DNA of 63,533 nt, counting the filler, from Octopus bimaculoides (taxonomy: Eukaryota): the NCBI RefSeq assembly GCF_001194135.2. It is 6 parts of 6 records of this genome, joined end to end, with 100 filler letters (N's around TTAATTAATTAA, not from the genome) between each part and the next. Parts side by side here need not be neighbours in the genome. Positions count along the whole stretch, not along the records: positions 24,509 to 34,919 come from NC_068985.1; positions 35,020 to 51,235 come from NC_069006.1; 4 more parts are not named here. One strand, given 5' to 3'. Under the pieces are notes generated by a model, which did not search any database, was not told the DNA's origin, and was given only the letters and a program-made list of their open reading frames with translations. Below are positions 26,719-41,114 of the stretch, piece after piece; position 1 is the stretch's first letter; every line of letters begins with the position of its first letter. A program made the translations under genes and the position numbers.

Positions 26719-27229
26719 AATGTAGCAATTGAATGTTTTACGTGAATACCACCAATCAGAATAAATATGTAAACATTGCAGTTGAAAAAAAAAATGTACC
26801 AAAGGATTTAAACCACATCCATAACTTTAGGTTTAGCATACTTATGTCTGACATATTTACTGAGTAAGGCTGTGAGGTGGCAGAATCGTTAGCTCGCCGG
26901 GTAAAATGCCTGGTGGTATTACATTCTGAGTTCACAATGACACCGGGGTCGACTTTGCCTTTCATCCTTCAGGGCTCGATAAAACAAATACCAGTTGAGC
27001 AGTGGGGTCCATGTAATCGACTTACCCCTCCACCAAAATTGCTTGTGCCAAAATTTAATACCAATAGACTGACCGAGACTGTTTTGTTTATCGTTTCATG
27101 AGTCATGTAGTCTTTGGACAGCAAGTTAATTCTGCGCACAGATCAAGTTACATAACTCCATCTTTCTTACATAGCAAGATATTACATCTTGATTGATTTT
27201 TATTGACCAGAATTTTCACTCCATAGATA

Positions 27230-27445
27230 GCAAGGGAGCTGGAAATTTCCTGGCTTTAAGAGTACCACGAAAGACCTGGTCGGAGACTCAATATTCCGAG
27301 TTCTGTTACAGGATTTAGAAAAACTGAAGGACCGCTGCAATAAGTGTGTGACTCTGAAAGGGGAATATGTTGATTAAAATCATAATTAACTGATCCTCCT
27401 GTATTTTCTTTTACTCAAAGCCAGGGACTTTTCGGCATCGCCTTG
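27230..27445. mobile_element. Mariner-derived MITE (same family as 19192-19408)
   Basis: Shared internal ggaccgctgcaataagt...aactgatcct; TIR-like ends, TA flank. Confidence 0.7.
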
Positions 27446-28396
27446 TATATGTTAAGTTATACAGCATTAGTCTTAATTTTGCTTTTGTTTTTATAATCTT
27501 CCTTTGTCAGTTTTCGTTTCNNNNNNNNNNNNNNNNNNNNNNNNNNNNNNNNNNNNNNNNNNNNNNNNNNNNNNNNNNNNNNNNNNNNNNNNNNNNNNNN
27601 NNNNNNNNNNNNNNNNNNNNNNNNNNNNNNNNNNNNNNNNNNNNNNNNNNNNNNNNNNNNNNNNNNNNNNNNNNNNNNNNNNNNNNNNNNNNNNNNNNNN
27701 NNNNNNNNNNNNNNNNNNNNNNNNNNNNNNNNNNNNNNNNNNNNNNNNNNNNNNNNNNNNNNNNNNNNNNNNNNNNNNNNNNNNNNNNNNNNNNNNNNNN
27801 NNNNNNNNNNNNNNNNNNNNNNNNNNNNNNNNNNNNNNNNNNNNNNNNNNNNNNNNNNNNNNNNNNNNNNNNNNNNNNNNNNNNNNNNNNNNNNNNNNNN
27901 NNNNNNNNNNNNNNNNNNNNNNNNNNNNNNNNNNNNNNNNNNNNNNNNNNNNNNNNNNNNNNNNNNNNNNNNNNNNNNNNNNNNNNNNNNNNNNNNNNNN
28001 NNNNNNNNNNNNNNNNNNNNNNNNNNNNNNNNNNNNNNNNNNNNNNNNNNNNNNNNNNNNNNNNNNNNNNNNNNNNNNNNNNNNNNNNNNNNNNNNNNNN
28101 NNNNNNNNNNNNNNNNNNNNNNNNNNNNNNNNNNNNNNNNNNNNNNNNNNNNNNNNNNNNNNNNNNNNNNNNNNNNNNNNNNNNNNNNNNNNNNNNNNNN
28201 NNNNNNNNNNNNNNNNNNNNNNNNNNNNNNNNNNNNNNNNNNNNNNNNNNNNNNNNNNNNNNNNNNNNNNNNNNNNNNNNNNNNNNNNNNNNNNNNNNNN
28301 NNNNNNNNNNNNNNNNNNNNNNNNNNNNNNNNNNNNNNNNNNNNNNNNNNNNNNNNNNNNNNNNNNNNNNNNNNNNNNNNNNNNNNNNNNNNNNNN

Positions 28397-28457
<61 letters not shown>

Positions 28458-28652
28458 CAGAGTTATATATTCGTGTATACATATATATTCATGTCTACAT
28501 ACATATATAAGTTAATTTGTTAAGATCTTCTTGGTCACCATTGCATTGTGTGCGTGTGTAAGCACATACGTACGTACGTACGTACGCACGCACGCACTTA
28601 CGTACGTATGTATGTATGTATGTATGTATGTATGTATGTATGTATGTATGTA

Positions 28653-28689
<37 letters not shown>

Positions 28690-29400
28690 ACGTATGTATG
28701 TATGTAACGAATAGCTTCCCAGATTCTAAGCCATGGTTCGAAACCGAATCTACAGTCTTCTACAACTTCTCTTACTAGAAGCTAATGAGAACTTGACCTA
28801 ATTTGATTATAAAAAATATAAATACGGAACCCTAAATCGCTTCTACCACTTCTTCACTAGACCGACCGTTGAAAAATATCCCTCTTTCTTCCTTCACTCA
28901 TGAGTTATCAAAGAGGGAGCATACAATTTTCAACCTCTCTACTTGTCTAGACACTTTTATTCTTTCTCTCACCTTCTTCTATCACTTCTCCTAGCAGTTA
29001 ACAAAAGATGAATTTAACTACCTACAGAATGGATAACAAAACTGCAAATAATCCATGTACTACAACGACTCGAAGAAATTATATTTTACATTGTAACGAT
29101 ATAATAGAGGGTCATAGCAATTAATATTATTTTTCTTCCTCTCATTTATTCGCTATATAGAAATCGTTACACGCGTACACATATCTTCATAACAGCTTGA
29201 TTCGGCTCCATACAACTTAAAGTTTCGTGGGCTCTTAAAATGAAACTAGCTCGTTGGGTTTATGTTAGATTGACGAGCTAGCTTCGTAAGATGAAACGAG
29301 CTCGTCAGGTTATGGTATAGAACCGAATCAAATTGCTATAAAATAATAATTCCTACCAAATGTATTGCGCGCCACTTTCTTTCGTTTGTTCACCCACTCG

Positions 29401-29434
<34 letters not shown>

Positions 29435-30717
29435 GAGACAGAGGGAGAGGGAGAGAGAGAGAGGGAGAGGGAGAGAGAGAGGGATAGGNNNNNNNNNNNN
29501 NNNNNNNNNNNNNNNNNNNNNNNNNNNNNNNNNNNNNNNNNNNNNNNNNNNNNNNNNNNNNNNNNNNNNNNNNNNNNNNNNNNNNNNNNNNNNNNNNNNN
29601 NNNNNNNNNNNNNNNNNNNNNNNNNNNNNNNNNNNNNNNNNNNNNNNNNNNNNNNNNNNNNNNNNNNNNNNNNNNNNNNNNNNNNNNNNNNNNNNNNNNN
29701 NNNNNNNNNNNNNNNNNNNNNNNNNNNNNNNNNNNATATATATATATATACGTATACACACACACACACACACACATGCACACACAATAAGATATTATAA
29801 TAGTATATTAATATATTAATATATATTAAATACATTATAATATACATGGCTATAGCAATTAAAACCAAAAAAGTAAAATTAATAAATAGCACTTGCAATT
29901 GCTAGAAATGAGAGTCAAAAATATAAGGCATGCAGGCAGCACGATATACCAATGTAATCGATCGACTTAGATCGACTTTGCCGTTTGTCCCCTTCTGAAA
30001 TCAATAAAAATAATTGTCGGTCAAAGCACTAAGGGTGATAGAATCGATTAAAATATTTGAAGGTAGTGTCCCAGTCAGATCACAATCCAATAACTGAAAC
30101 TAGTAAAAGAATATAAGAATATGTAACTAAAAAAATGATTTTTTTTCACACAGCCTTTTCGTTTATTCAGTTTTTTCCCCCTATATCAAGGCTCTCTGAA
30201 AATAGGTGAGATTCACTTATGGCTTTTTAGTGTGAAAACAGTGTGACTTCATAATACAAAGAAATGTATTACTCGTTTGTGAAACAACATAAAACAAATA
30301 AATCAGGTTAAAAGAAAAATTATTGTACTGTATTTATTATTATTATTATCATCACTATTTTGGAAATGTGGTTTTTAATGTATCCATTAGTAATAATGTT
30401 TGCTTTTAGTTATATTACTGTTCTAAATATATCACTCAATAAAATGCTGGTGAAATTTGGATATATGTATTAACAAATTAAGTAAAAGGACAAAAAGCCT
30501 CTGGCACTGTAATTTCCTCAAATTCAGTGAAAGAACATAAACTAAAAATTACATAATATAATAATTATGTAGAATATTTGATAAAAGTGTTTTGTAAAAT
30601 GTTAAGTGACTTCATTTTTATTTTAATTCATCGTCTGACGGAAATCTGTCTTTCTTATAAAAGCTGAACGCCTTCATCGAGCTGGTGTAGGGTAGATTAA
30701 TTCGATTAATCCAGAGA

Positions 30718-30925
30718 TTAGCGAGCTGGCAGAATCGTTAAGCACGCCGGGCGAAATGTTTAGCGGTATTTCACCAATCGCTACGTTCTGAGCTCAGATT
30801 CCGCTGAGGTCAACTTTGCCTTTTATCCTTTCGGGGTCGATAAATTGAGTACTCGGGTCGATGTGATCGACTGTCCCCACCTCCCCACAAAATCCAGGCC
30901 GTGTATTTATAGTAGAAATGATTAA
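30718..30925 (+). mobile_element. SINE A copy
   Basis: Full-length match to the other copies. Confidence 0.85.
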
Positions 30926-31140
30926 ACAGCCAAATCTCTTTCAGCAATCTCCTTACTAGTTTGAAGATGGAGACATGCTTTCAATCTCAAGCTATTGGGC
31001 ATTTTTTCGTTTTAAAAAATGGCGAGTGTCAGTTGTGCCAACTGTTTTCCCAACACATTGTCATTCTCGGCAGTTTACAGAAATACATAAAAATAAGGGA
31101 ATCGTAAAAAATACACAAAAAGGATGTATAATGTACGTGA

Positions 31141-31212
<72 letters not shown>

Positions 31213-31648
31213 AAGAGATCCGTTTNNNNNNNNNNNNNNNNNNNNNNNNNNNNNNNNNNNNNNNNNNNNNNNNNNNNNNNNNNNNNNNNNNNNNNNNNNN
31301 NNNNNNNNNNNNNNNNNNNNNNNNNNNNNNNNNNNNNNNNNNNNNNNNNNNNNNNNNNNNNNNNNNNNNNNNNNNNNNNNNNNNNNNNNNNNNNNNNNNN
31401 NNNNNNNNNNNNNNNNNNNNNNNNNNNNNNNNNNNNNNNNNNNNNNNNNNNNNNNNNNNNNNNNNNNNNNNNNNNNNNNNNNNNNNNNNNNNNNNNNNNN
31501 NNNNNNNNNNNNNNNNNNNNNNNNNNNNNNNNNNNNNNNNTATATATAAATGACTGTGTAGGTGCTCAATAAATTACATGGAATGTGCAGAATATAGACT
31601 ATCAATAGAACAAAGGTTATGAAAACACACACAGACACACACACACAG

Positions 31649-31680
<32 letters not shown>

Positions 31681-32401
31681 ACACACACACACACACACAC
31701 GCACCCAGAGTGAGAGAGAAAGACTCATAGAGACAGTTGATGATGAGGAGAGAAGGAAGTAAATGAGAGAATAGTCGTAGGAGGAGTTATTCAAATGAGA
31801 AATTTGTTTTATTTAACGCTATTTTAATGCAACAAATATTTTTCTCCTGAAAATTAGTATTCATTTAATCATTTTTGTGTTAGTACCAAGAAATTGCATA
31901 AATGTTGAATTCTAATTATATTATGTATGCTTTGTTTCCTGGTATTATTCATGGTGACAAAAGTATACTTCCAAGCTACGTGCCACGTGACATTGCTTGT
32001 ACATGGGTACTGCATACCACTTGTCAGATGTCTAAGGGATCGCAGGATGGTCAAGAACACAACGCACCAACCGGTCCGCGACTTGAAACCGCGATTGTAA
32101 CAGCTTAACCACTAGGCTATAACGAATACACACACACAACCTAACCATTAGGTCATATATGTATGCATGTATGTATCTATGTATGTATGTATCTATGTAT
32201 GTATGTGGTTTCGATTCCTGGGCCGGGCAAAGTATTGTGTTCTTGAGCAAAACACTTCATTTCACGTTGGTCCAGTTCACTCGGCTGGCAAATATGAGTA
32301 AACCAGCAACGCACCGGCATCCTGTCCAGGAGAAAAGATATATGCGCCAAGGAAACCAGGAAACCGGCTCTATGAGTCTATAATTCAGAAGGATCTTCAT
32401 C

Positions 32402-32453
<52 letters not shown>

Positions 32454-34016
32454 AATGATAAATAATCAAATAAGTCCATATACCACCATTTCCTACAGTT
32501 TATTTTAATTTGTCCCAATGGCTTTGTGTCGAAACTGGCCGAATAGAAAAGGTACTGCACTATTAGTGGAATGGTCTAATTCATTGAAAGTGATAGATAT
32601 AGATGTGTTCATAAACAAGTCAATATCAACCCATTCCTGGGTCACTTCAACAAGCAGTAAATAAACCCCATGATCAAATTGTTATGAAACGTTTACTCGA
32701 TCCACTGTGTGATTCTTTGTGTGTTTTCTGTTATAGATGCGGGTTGTCTTAAGTCTTGTGAACGAAATGAGACAGACGGAAACTACACCTGTAATTCAAA
32801 GACTTAGCTTTGCTAATTACACTGTTATGGCGAGCTTGCATCATAGTTACATTAAATGGACGTGTTTATGGAATATTCAGCCACAATACAGTAGTTTCGT
32901 TGTTCGAGCAACCGGAATCCTCATTCGTCGTATTTAAAGCAAGGCCATTTCAGTTACTATACGAGTATATATAAATAAAATTTTAAATCTGCAGCACAGA
33001 AAAACCAACAAACTGCATTCAAAAGGCTAGAAGCGTTTGAGGAGCACAGAAGATATTTCAACTCTGAAAGAAATCAACTCACATATCTAGGAAATTCATT
33101 CAAACTGGTGATATTTTGCTTGGGTAAAAATGGAAGTTAGAAGAAGGAAACCAACGATTTGAAAATGATACAAAAAAAAAAAAAAAGAACCCATTACCAC
33201 CAACAACAACAATAAAAACAAAAATAAACAAACAGAAAATGCTACATTCTGGTCTGCATCCAAAAGAATGGCGTAGCAACTAATACTTTTTTAACAAGCA
33301 GGCTGAGTATCCTGTTATGCTCTATCTTTTATCTTTTACGTTTTAGTCACTCGACTGCGGCCATGCTGGAGCATCGCCTTAAGGAGTTTTAGTCGAACAA
33401 ATCTCTCCCAGTACTTGTTTTTTTTTTTTAAATTTGGTACTTATTCTATCGGTCTGGTTTTTTTTTTATTGTTAAACCGATAAGTTATGGTAACGTAAAC
33501 AAAACAACATCGGTTATCAAGATGTGTGGAGGAACAAACACAGACACAATGACACACACACATACCCCCACCCCCACCCCCACCCCACGCACCCACACAC
33601 ACACATACGACCGGCTTCTACACAGTCTCCTTTTACTAAATTCACTAACAAGACATTGGTTGGGGTGGGGACTATAGTGGAAGATACAAGCCCAAGTGTC
33701 ACTGAATCCTCAACCACGCGGTTGCAAAGCGAGTTTCTTAACCACATAGCCTTGCATGCGCCTAATACATCCTTGAATCAATGCACAGGAGGCAAGAAAG
33801 TATCTTTCAACGAAAGACTTAATTTCTTTGAACAAGACGCACTTTTTTTTCTAAAAGAATGGCTACTCGCGGGTTGGTATTCAAATTAATTAATGAAGCT
33901 GAGTTACTGTGACAATAAATGGTTTCGACTTCCGCAGTGCTTAAATTTCATTGGCTAAAATTACATAACTTTAAATGCGTCTAATTTCTTAGTTATGAAT
34001 TTTCCAAAATAATAAT

Positions 34017-34355
34017 GGTACGTTTTGGTTATCTCACCCCCATTAAAAAATTACCATTAAAAAATTGGGTTATCTCCCCACTAAAAAATTGAGTTTGTGG
34101 CGACAAGAAATTGGATAAAAAGTGTTAGATCCTTTTGATTCAATACTTCAACGCATTGTTGACGTTATTAGATTCAATAAGATTATTAAGTTTTTCAGTT
34201 TTCATGTTTATTGATTTTTTCATTTTTGTTTTTGTTTTATTGATAGTTAAACAATTTTTTTAGGTGGGGAGATAACCAAAAGTACCAATATTTTTCATTA
34301 AAATGGTAGGAGATAACCCAGTTTTTTAATGGGGGTGAGATAGCCGAAAAGTACC
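34017..34355. mobile_element. MITE with nested inverted repeats
   Basis: ggtacgttttggttatctcacccccattaaaaaa / ttttttaatgggggtgagatagccgaaaagtacc; flanks ataataat / ataataac. Inverted partial copy at about 34626-34790. Confidence 0.7.
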
Positions 34356-35057
34356 ATAATAACTACGATATTTGTAAACAGTATGTAAAACTATATCGAA
34401 ATTACTGTTTTGAAAATTTTCAGATTAATATTTAAGTTTGAAAGGAAACGAAAAAGATCCAACGAACTTGCACCACATATCAGTCTTGTATTTCTCCATC
34501 ATGGACAACACACCTCTAAAATTTTTCATATCGCTACAAATAGAGACGGTCTCTCACGGTGAGCTTCCATTAACATAACTTACATCATAAAGATTAGCCT
34601 TTTTTAAGGGCTAGAAAATACTTTGAGTACTCTTTGGTTATCTCACCCCATTAAAAAATTTGGTTATCTACCCCAACTAAAAAAATTGTTTAACCCTCAA
34701 TAAAACAAAGCAAAAATGAAAAATTAATAAACATGAAAAGTGAAAAGATTAAACATCTTAATGAATCTGATAACAGGATCTAGTTCAAAACGGGGGCACC
34801 ATTTTTCATTTATGTTTTATGTAGTGTTTTTGGTACCGAAAGACTTTCAAACTTTGTATACTTATCTATTTTGTGTTATAGAACAGAAAAAATTTTTTGT
34901 ATTCGGGGTTATTTCATGTNNNNNNNNNNNNNNNNNNNNNNNNNNNNNNNNNNNNNNNNNNNNTTAATTAATTAANNNNNNNNNNNNNNNNNNNNNNNNN
35001 NNNNNNNNNNNNNNNNNNNCACACACAAACACTCACAAACATATACACATACACAGT

Positions 35058-35090
<33 letters not shown>

Positions 35091-36004
35091 TACGCACGCA
35101 CGCATACACCCAAGCATACACATATAAAACGTGGTCAATTACATTAAAACAATTCACATATTATATAGCAAAGAGGCTTAAACTCATTACGAAGATGAAA
35201 TAGCTAAGGTCAGAAAATAACAAAGTTCACAGGAACGAAAATCTTAACGGCGCTCGGCACTAAAAATGACAACATTGAATTGAAGGCTCCGGGCCGCAAT
35301 GCTTACAGATGTCGACGTAAAGGCGGGACGAATATACTTAAGATAATAAAAGTGAGTTTAATGCTTGAAGCATTTCAAATATAAAGAAGAATCTAAAGTA
35401 AGATCAAATAAACGGTAAAAATAAAATAAAATAAAATTAAATTAAATTAAAATGATATTACTCAATGAATAATATCATTTGTTCATCAGTAAACAAGGGG
35501 GAATAACTTCAGGTGTTTTACTCCCGCCACGTTTAGTTTTGTTAGGGAAATAAATACATTATGTTTGATTGTCACTCCATGGTTATATTATGTTTGGAAA
35601 GAGGTAAAATTTATTCAAATTTCAAAAACGATAAGCAAAACTTGTAGAGGAGGGATAGACCTACAAAATGAAAAAATAAAAATATGAATCACAACGATAT
35701 TTTTCGTGTTAATTCAAATAACATAGGGAATCATTAAAATATACTGGAAAACAAAAACCTAGCGAATTTATCTAACCACACAGTAATAGAGATAATAATA
35801 TTACCCTATTTCAATATGTTAGTTATGTTTGGTCTTTTCTTCTTTATATGTTTCGAATTTCTTATCAGGAAAAACAGAACCAGTTTCTAATCTAGAAACA
35901 AGAATCTTTCATTGGAATTTAGACATCAGCAGAATAGTCTTGTATATGTATATATTGATATATATATATATATATTAATATTTAAGTATATAATTATAAA
36001 AATA

Positions 36005-36175
36005 TAATTATAATTAAGGGCTCTGGAATGCTAGGGCCTACGCTAGAAGTAGATATCAAATACCTACAATCCACTTTATTTATAAATATAGAACAAATTT
36101 AGAGTCGATTGTAGGTATTTGACATCTCTTTCTAGCGTAGAGGCTGGCATTCCGGAGACCTTGATTATAATTATA
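36005..36175. repeat. Imperfect inverted repeat (about 67-bp arms)
   Basis: taattataattaagggctctggaatg...tacctacaatc versus gattgtaggta...cattccggagaccttgattataatta. Confidence 0.85.
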
Positions 36176-36329
36176 TACTTAAAAATTAATTTTACCGATA
36201 CAGTCATTTTTATACGCTAGGCCACTGATATAACCACATTTATGATTATACCCTTAACTTCTAAGTATATATATATTATTATATATATACACGCACACAC
36301 ACATATACATACATACACACACACACACA

Positions 36330-36389
<60 letters not shown>

Positions 36390-36719
36390 GTATATGTCCA
36401 CATGCATGAGTGATGCTTGCACTGGTATACGTATACGTGACTTTTTAGAGCTTAAACATTAATGAACATGTATGTATAGATATAAATATGCATATATGTA
36501 TGTGTGTATGCATTTGTGTATACGCATATGTGTATATATACGTGTATGTATGCATTCATGTATATATAAGTTTGTACATACTTGAATGCATGTACGTACG
36601 AATGTATGTATATATGTATGTCATTGTTCAGTTTTATTTCAAGATTTCTTGCCAATAGAGAAAGAACTGGTTTCTAACCTAGATCCAAGGCTCCGTATAC
36701 ACATATATCTGTATTGACG

Positions 36720-36774
<55 letters not shown>

Positions 36775-37668
36775 TCGTGTGTTTGTGTCTATCTGTTTTT
36801 TTTTTTCAAATCTTTCACCATTATTGAAAGAACCGGTTTCTAACCCAGAAACAAGCCTCTTTCATTAACTAAATTGTCACACATACATTTACATATTTAT
36901 ATATTATGAATACATGTATGGATGGATGGATGGACTTATTTATTTTTATATGTATGTCTGTATGTATGTATATATGTATGCATGTAGTTGTGTTTGTCTC
37001 CCCCACCACCGCTTCACAACCACTACTGGGTTGTTTACGTCCCCGTAACCAAGTGGTTCGGCAAAAGATACCGATAGATTAAGTATCAGGCTTTTTTAAA
37101 AAATAAGTACTGGGGGTCGATTCCTTCGACTAATCTGATTCCTGCGATGTCCCCGGCATGGCCGCAGTCCAATGACCGATGCAAGTATCAGGTAACAGAT
37201 ATCAATCTTTATACAAGGGTTTCCTGAAGTATGGAATGTCCTGCAACGGTTCCCCTCAACAGCAACACGGTTGGGAAATTGATGTAGAAGCTAGGGAAAA
37301 GAAACTCTTAGACCAGTATAAAACGACACGAAAAGCAAAACGAAAAGAAAAGCATGAATAATGTAGACATAATTTAGTTGATAACAAACAGCAAAAAAAA
37401 AAAAGATCTTGTACGTGTTTGCCGCACAAGTCGGTCAGTAACAAGACATATTCAGAGAAAGTGAGAACAGAAGACTTACCTACAAAAACGCGTGTAAGTG
37501 GTATGTTTGCCTTATCTATTTGACAGAATGTACAACATTTGGCAGTTTAATCTCTGCAAGAGTGTTTGTCACGTGATAATATGATAGTTTCAGTGATAAT
37601 ACAACGGGTGGCTTCTACAAATATTTATCATCCACTTAAAGATGTACATACATACATGCATATGTATA

Positions 37669-37711
<43 letters not shown>

Positions 37712-38587
37712 ACACTTATATTTATATACTTACATTTATATACATATGCATATAAATATGTGGAGGCACATGGTCTAGTGGTTAGCGCAAAGGACTCTTG
37801 GTCGAGGGATCACGGGTTCGAATCACAGACTGGGCGATGTGTGTGCTTATGTATTGTTTCGTTATGCACGTGATCCCCCGGTCCGTGAGATGAAATTGGT
37901 CTATGGCGCAAAAGAGGTCGGGAACCGCTGCTCCTACGAAATTTCAAAGCAAAAACAGCATACATGGCATTTCCAACAGCAAAAGTAAAATCATACACAT
38001 ATAGAAGATAATATGTAGACGTTAACTAATTGAATAATTACAATAAATGTTCCAAAATGGCCTCATTTCCTGTTTATTAAAGCTATCCTCATGCATTTTA
38101 ATTGGTTTCCCAGTTTGTTTTACTCTTCCAAAAACTATTTGCTGAATTATTCATTACTTTAAATTATGGTGGTGGTGAACAAAATTGTTAACATACCGAA
38201 CAAAATGCTTAGCAGTATTTCTTCCGCCCATTACTTCTTAGTTCAAATTCCACCGAACTAGAATTTGAATGTTTATCCTTTTCGGAGTCGATAAAAGAAG
38301 TAACAATTTGGGCCCAGGGATCGGTGTACTCGACTTGCCCTCTCCCCGAGATATTTTAGGCCTTGTCCCTTTTGTAAGGCGGAATCTTGGCTATCTTTCG
38401 ATGAAGGTAGATAGATTATGAAAGATTTGTTCGGTAATTTTCGTACAAAATTTTTATTTCTTTCATTTTTTTCAGCTAAATCGCTTATGCTCATATATCT
38501 TTTGTGTACGTATTATGGATTTATGTGTGCGCGTGTATTCATATTTGTGTATGCATCTGTACACAAATACACATACATATTCAATAG

Positions 38588-38618
<31 letters not shown>

Positions 38619-40152
38619 CATACATACATGCATGCATAAACATAAACGATTCAGCAGGAAAAAAAAAAGCGGTCTGAAGAAATAAAAAAAAAGTTACGGA
38701 AATTGCCGAACAAATGCTTTCATTATCCGTCTACCTTTATCGAAAGATAAGCAAAATTATTTATTAATTCAATTCAGGAGGCGATATGACAGAATCATTG
38801 GCATACTGAACACATTACTTAGCGGCAATTTTTCCTCCTCGTTACATACTAAGTTCAAATTCCATTGCGGTCGACTCTGCCTTTCATCCCTCCAGGGTCT
38901 ATAGTATTAGTCAAGCACTGGAGCCGATGTGATCAAATGCCCCGCCCCTAAAATTACTGATCTTGAGCCATCATTGTAAAGAATTATTTATGGCTTTAAG
39001 TATCAGGTTTCTACGCCAGATTGTATTAATTATTGCACTCTAAAACAGGTCAGTGTAACGCATATAAATAGATTTTAAGTTCTTAATGCTGATTTGACCC
39101 ATTTCAGCTTTGTAATTCAAGGGAATCAACTGTGAGCTTGCGTGTCCAAGATCAAGGACATATACAGTTTACGAAAATGAAGATATTCACAGGATCCCAC
39201 GTTTCCCCACCTCATAACTTTCTGGAAAATAGGTATTTTTTAATGAAATTTTATACAAATACCTTTCAAACTGTGTTGATTACGATTACAAAGAGACTTG
39301 TATGCAAAATTTTTGGAATGGGCGGGTGGAGGAGGCGGAGTTTCTGGAAAACGGAGATTCGGATCAGANNNNNNNNNNCCACCCCGTCACTATCCCATGC
39401 CGAAATGATTTTGGCCATTTTTTTTTTTTTTTTTCCACACTACACACTTTTAAAACCCGTGAGAGAAACATTTTCTCTGTCCATAGAGAAATACTTCACC
39501 CTCGAAGTATGGTCGTGACAACGTTTGGAGAATTCAGTTTGTATGATGTATGTGTTTGCGTTGATTTATGGTATAAATGCATACTTATAGTGAAAAAGTA
39601 TGTATGTATGTGTGTGTTTGTGTGTATATATGTGTATGCATGTATATATGTTTGTCTGTGTGTATGTACAGATATAAATGTACCGATTCTGAGTTGTATG
39701 CATTTATACAATTTATATATCGGCTCGTTATTGCTATTTTCACTGAAATCATGAGTTTTTAAAACAAGTGGACAACTACTGTAGGCGTGGTGGGGAGAAG
39801 TGGCTGATAACAACAGGTGGCGGGGTAGTAAGGAGACTGCAGATAAAGATGGTGCAGAAAAAACGCGAAGTGTAAAAATTTATCTTGCGCACAAAAGCGA
39901 GTCATTAAATTATAGTAGGATTTCAAGGGAGATAACTTTGTTGCAACTTTTTATAATAGCATGCCGTAGCTATTTCCCTTGTAAAGCGCCTCCGCATTCG
40001 GATCAACGCTTAGGCTATCAAAAATAACCGGCGTATCTGTGAAGTAAGAAGTTTTCTTCCCAACCACACGCTAAATTCTTGTAAGCAGAGTTGGTAGACG
40101 AAAACTTAAAGAAAGGCGATCTATCGATATATATTTATATTATTATTATTAT

Positions 40153-40350
40153 CAAGGCGGTGAGCTGGCAGAATCGTTAGCGTGCTGGACAAAATGCTTA
40201 GCGGCGTTTCGTCCGTCTTTACGTTCTGAGTTCAAATTCCTCCGAGGTCGACTTTGCCTTCCATCCTTTCAGGGTCGATAAAATAAGCACCAGTTGAGTT
40301 CTGGGGGTCGTTGTAGTCAACTGTCCCCTGCCCCAAAATTCCAGGCCGGT
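40153..40350 (+). mobile_element. SINE A copy (CpG-retaining)
   Basis: Full-length match to the other copies. Confidence 0.85.
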
Positions 40351-40483
40351 GGTAATAATTATGAAACACACATACTCAATGTCCCTCCTTTGCTTGTTTG
40401 CTGGTAGGCTGCGATTTGATGCAGCGGAGATGACTGTCTCAAAATCCAGAGTGTTAAAGTTATGGACAGATGAGACAACTCAC

Positions 40484-40592
40484 TCCAAGTCCCATCCAGG
40501 AGAGATGGACATCGATGTTTTGCCATTTCTGTGGCTTATCAGCATCACGCACCTGAACCAAATTGGAGGTGAATTGAATAGCCCATCCATGG
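40484..40592 (-). CDS. Candidate orphan coding exon of an unidentified gene (HGWAIQFTSNLVQVRDADKPQKWQNIDVHLSWMGLG)
   Basis: Acceptor ctctcttgcatatag, donor GGA|gtgagt; 109 nt, open frame, non-repetitive composition. Product not recognised. Confidence 0.4.
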
Positions 40593-41114
40593 CTATATGC
40601 AAGAGAGTGTAAAAATCATTTGTTGGCCTGCCTCGACAATGAATATGTAGGAATAAATTCAAATATGAATTACAAGCAATGCTACTGTTGTAAATATTAT
40701 CAAACACATGTTCAATAAAAAATACTGAGGTTGATTAACTCAACTAAAATTCTTCAAGGTGGTGCTCCAGCATGGCCACAGTCTAGTGACTGAAACGTGT
40801 AGAAGATAAATGACAATGGTAGTGTTTGAGCAAGGTGCTTGAAATTATAGTTAAAACAACACAACAAATAAAGGTTTTAAAGTTTATTTTTAATTCAATG
40901 TGAATCTCTGTTTGATACTCCACTACATGAATTAAAATAAAATATCTTAAGAAGTTGATGAGTGTGACTTTGGCCCTGGCAGCATTATAATTTCCTGGTT
41001 CCAAATGAGTCAGGTACAACAACAAAAGTTGTAATTGACTGCTACACTTTTTTCAAATGCCTAAATGAAAGATGGAACATCTTGAATGAACTTTTCAGAA
41101 AAAAATATATATGT

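Noticed and set aside
32737-32937. ORF after an acceptor-like site; one frame resembles DSL/EGF (CLKSCERNETDGNYTCNSK)
   Set aside because: Stops immediately follow in that frame, there is no clear donor, and the other frame has no recognisable domain.
37760-37835. tRNA-like sequence with A and B boxes
   Set aside because: Head of SINE family D; no complete cloverleaf or acceptor stem.
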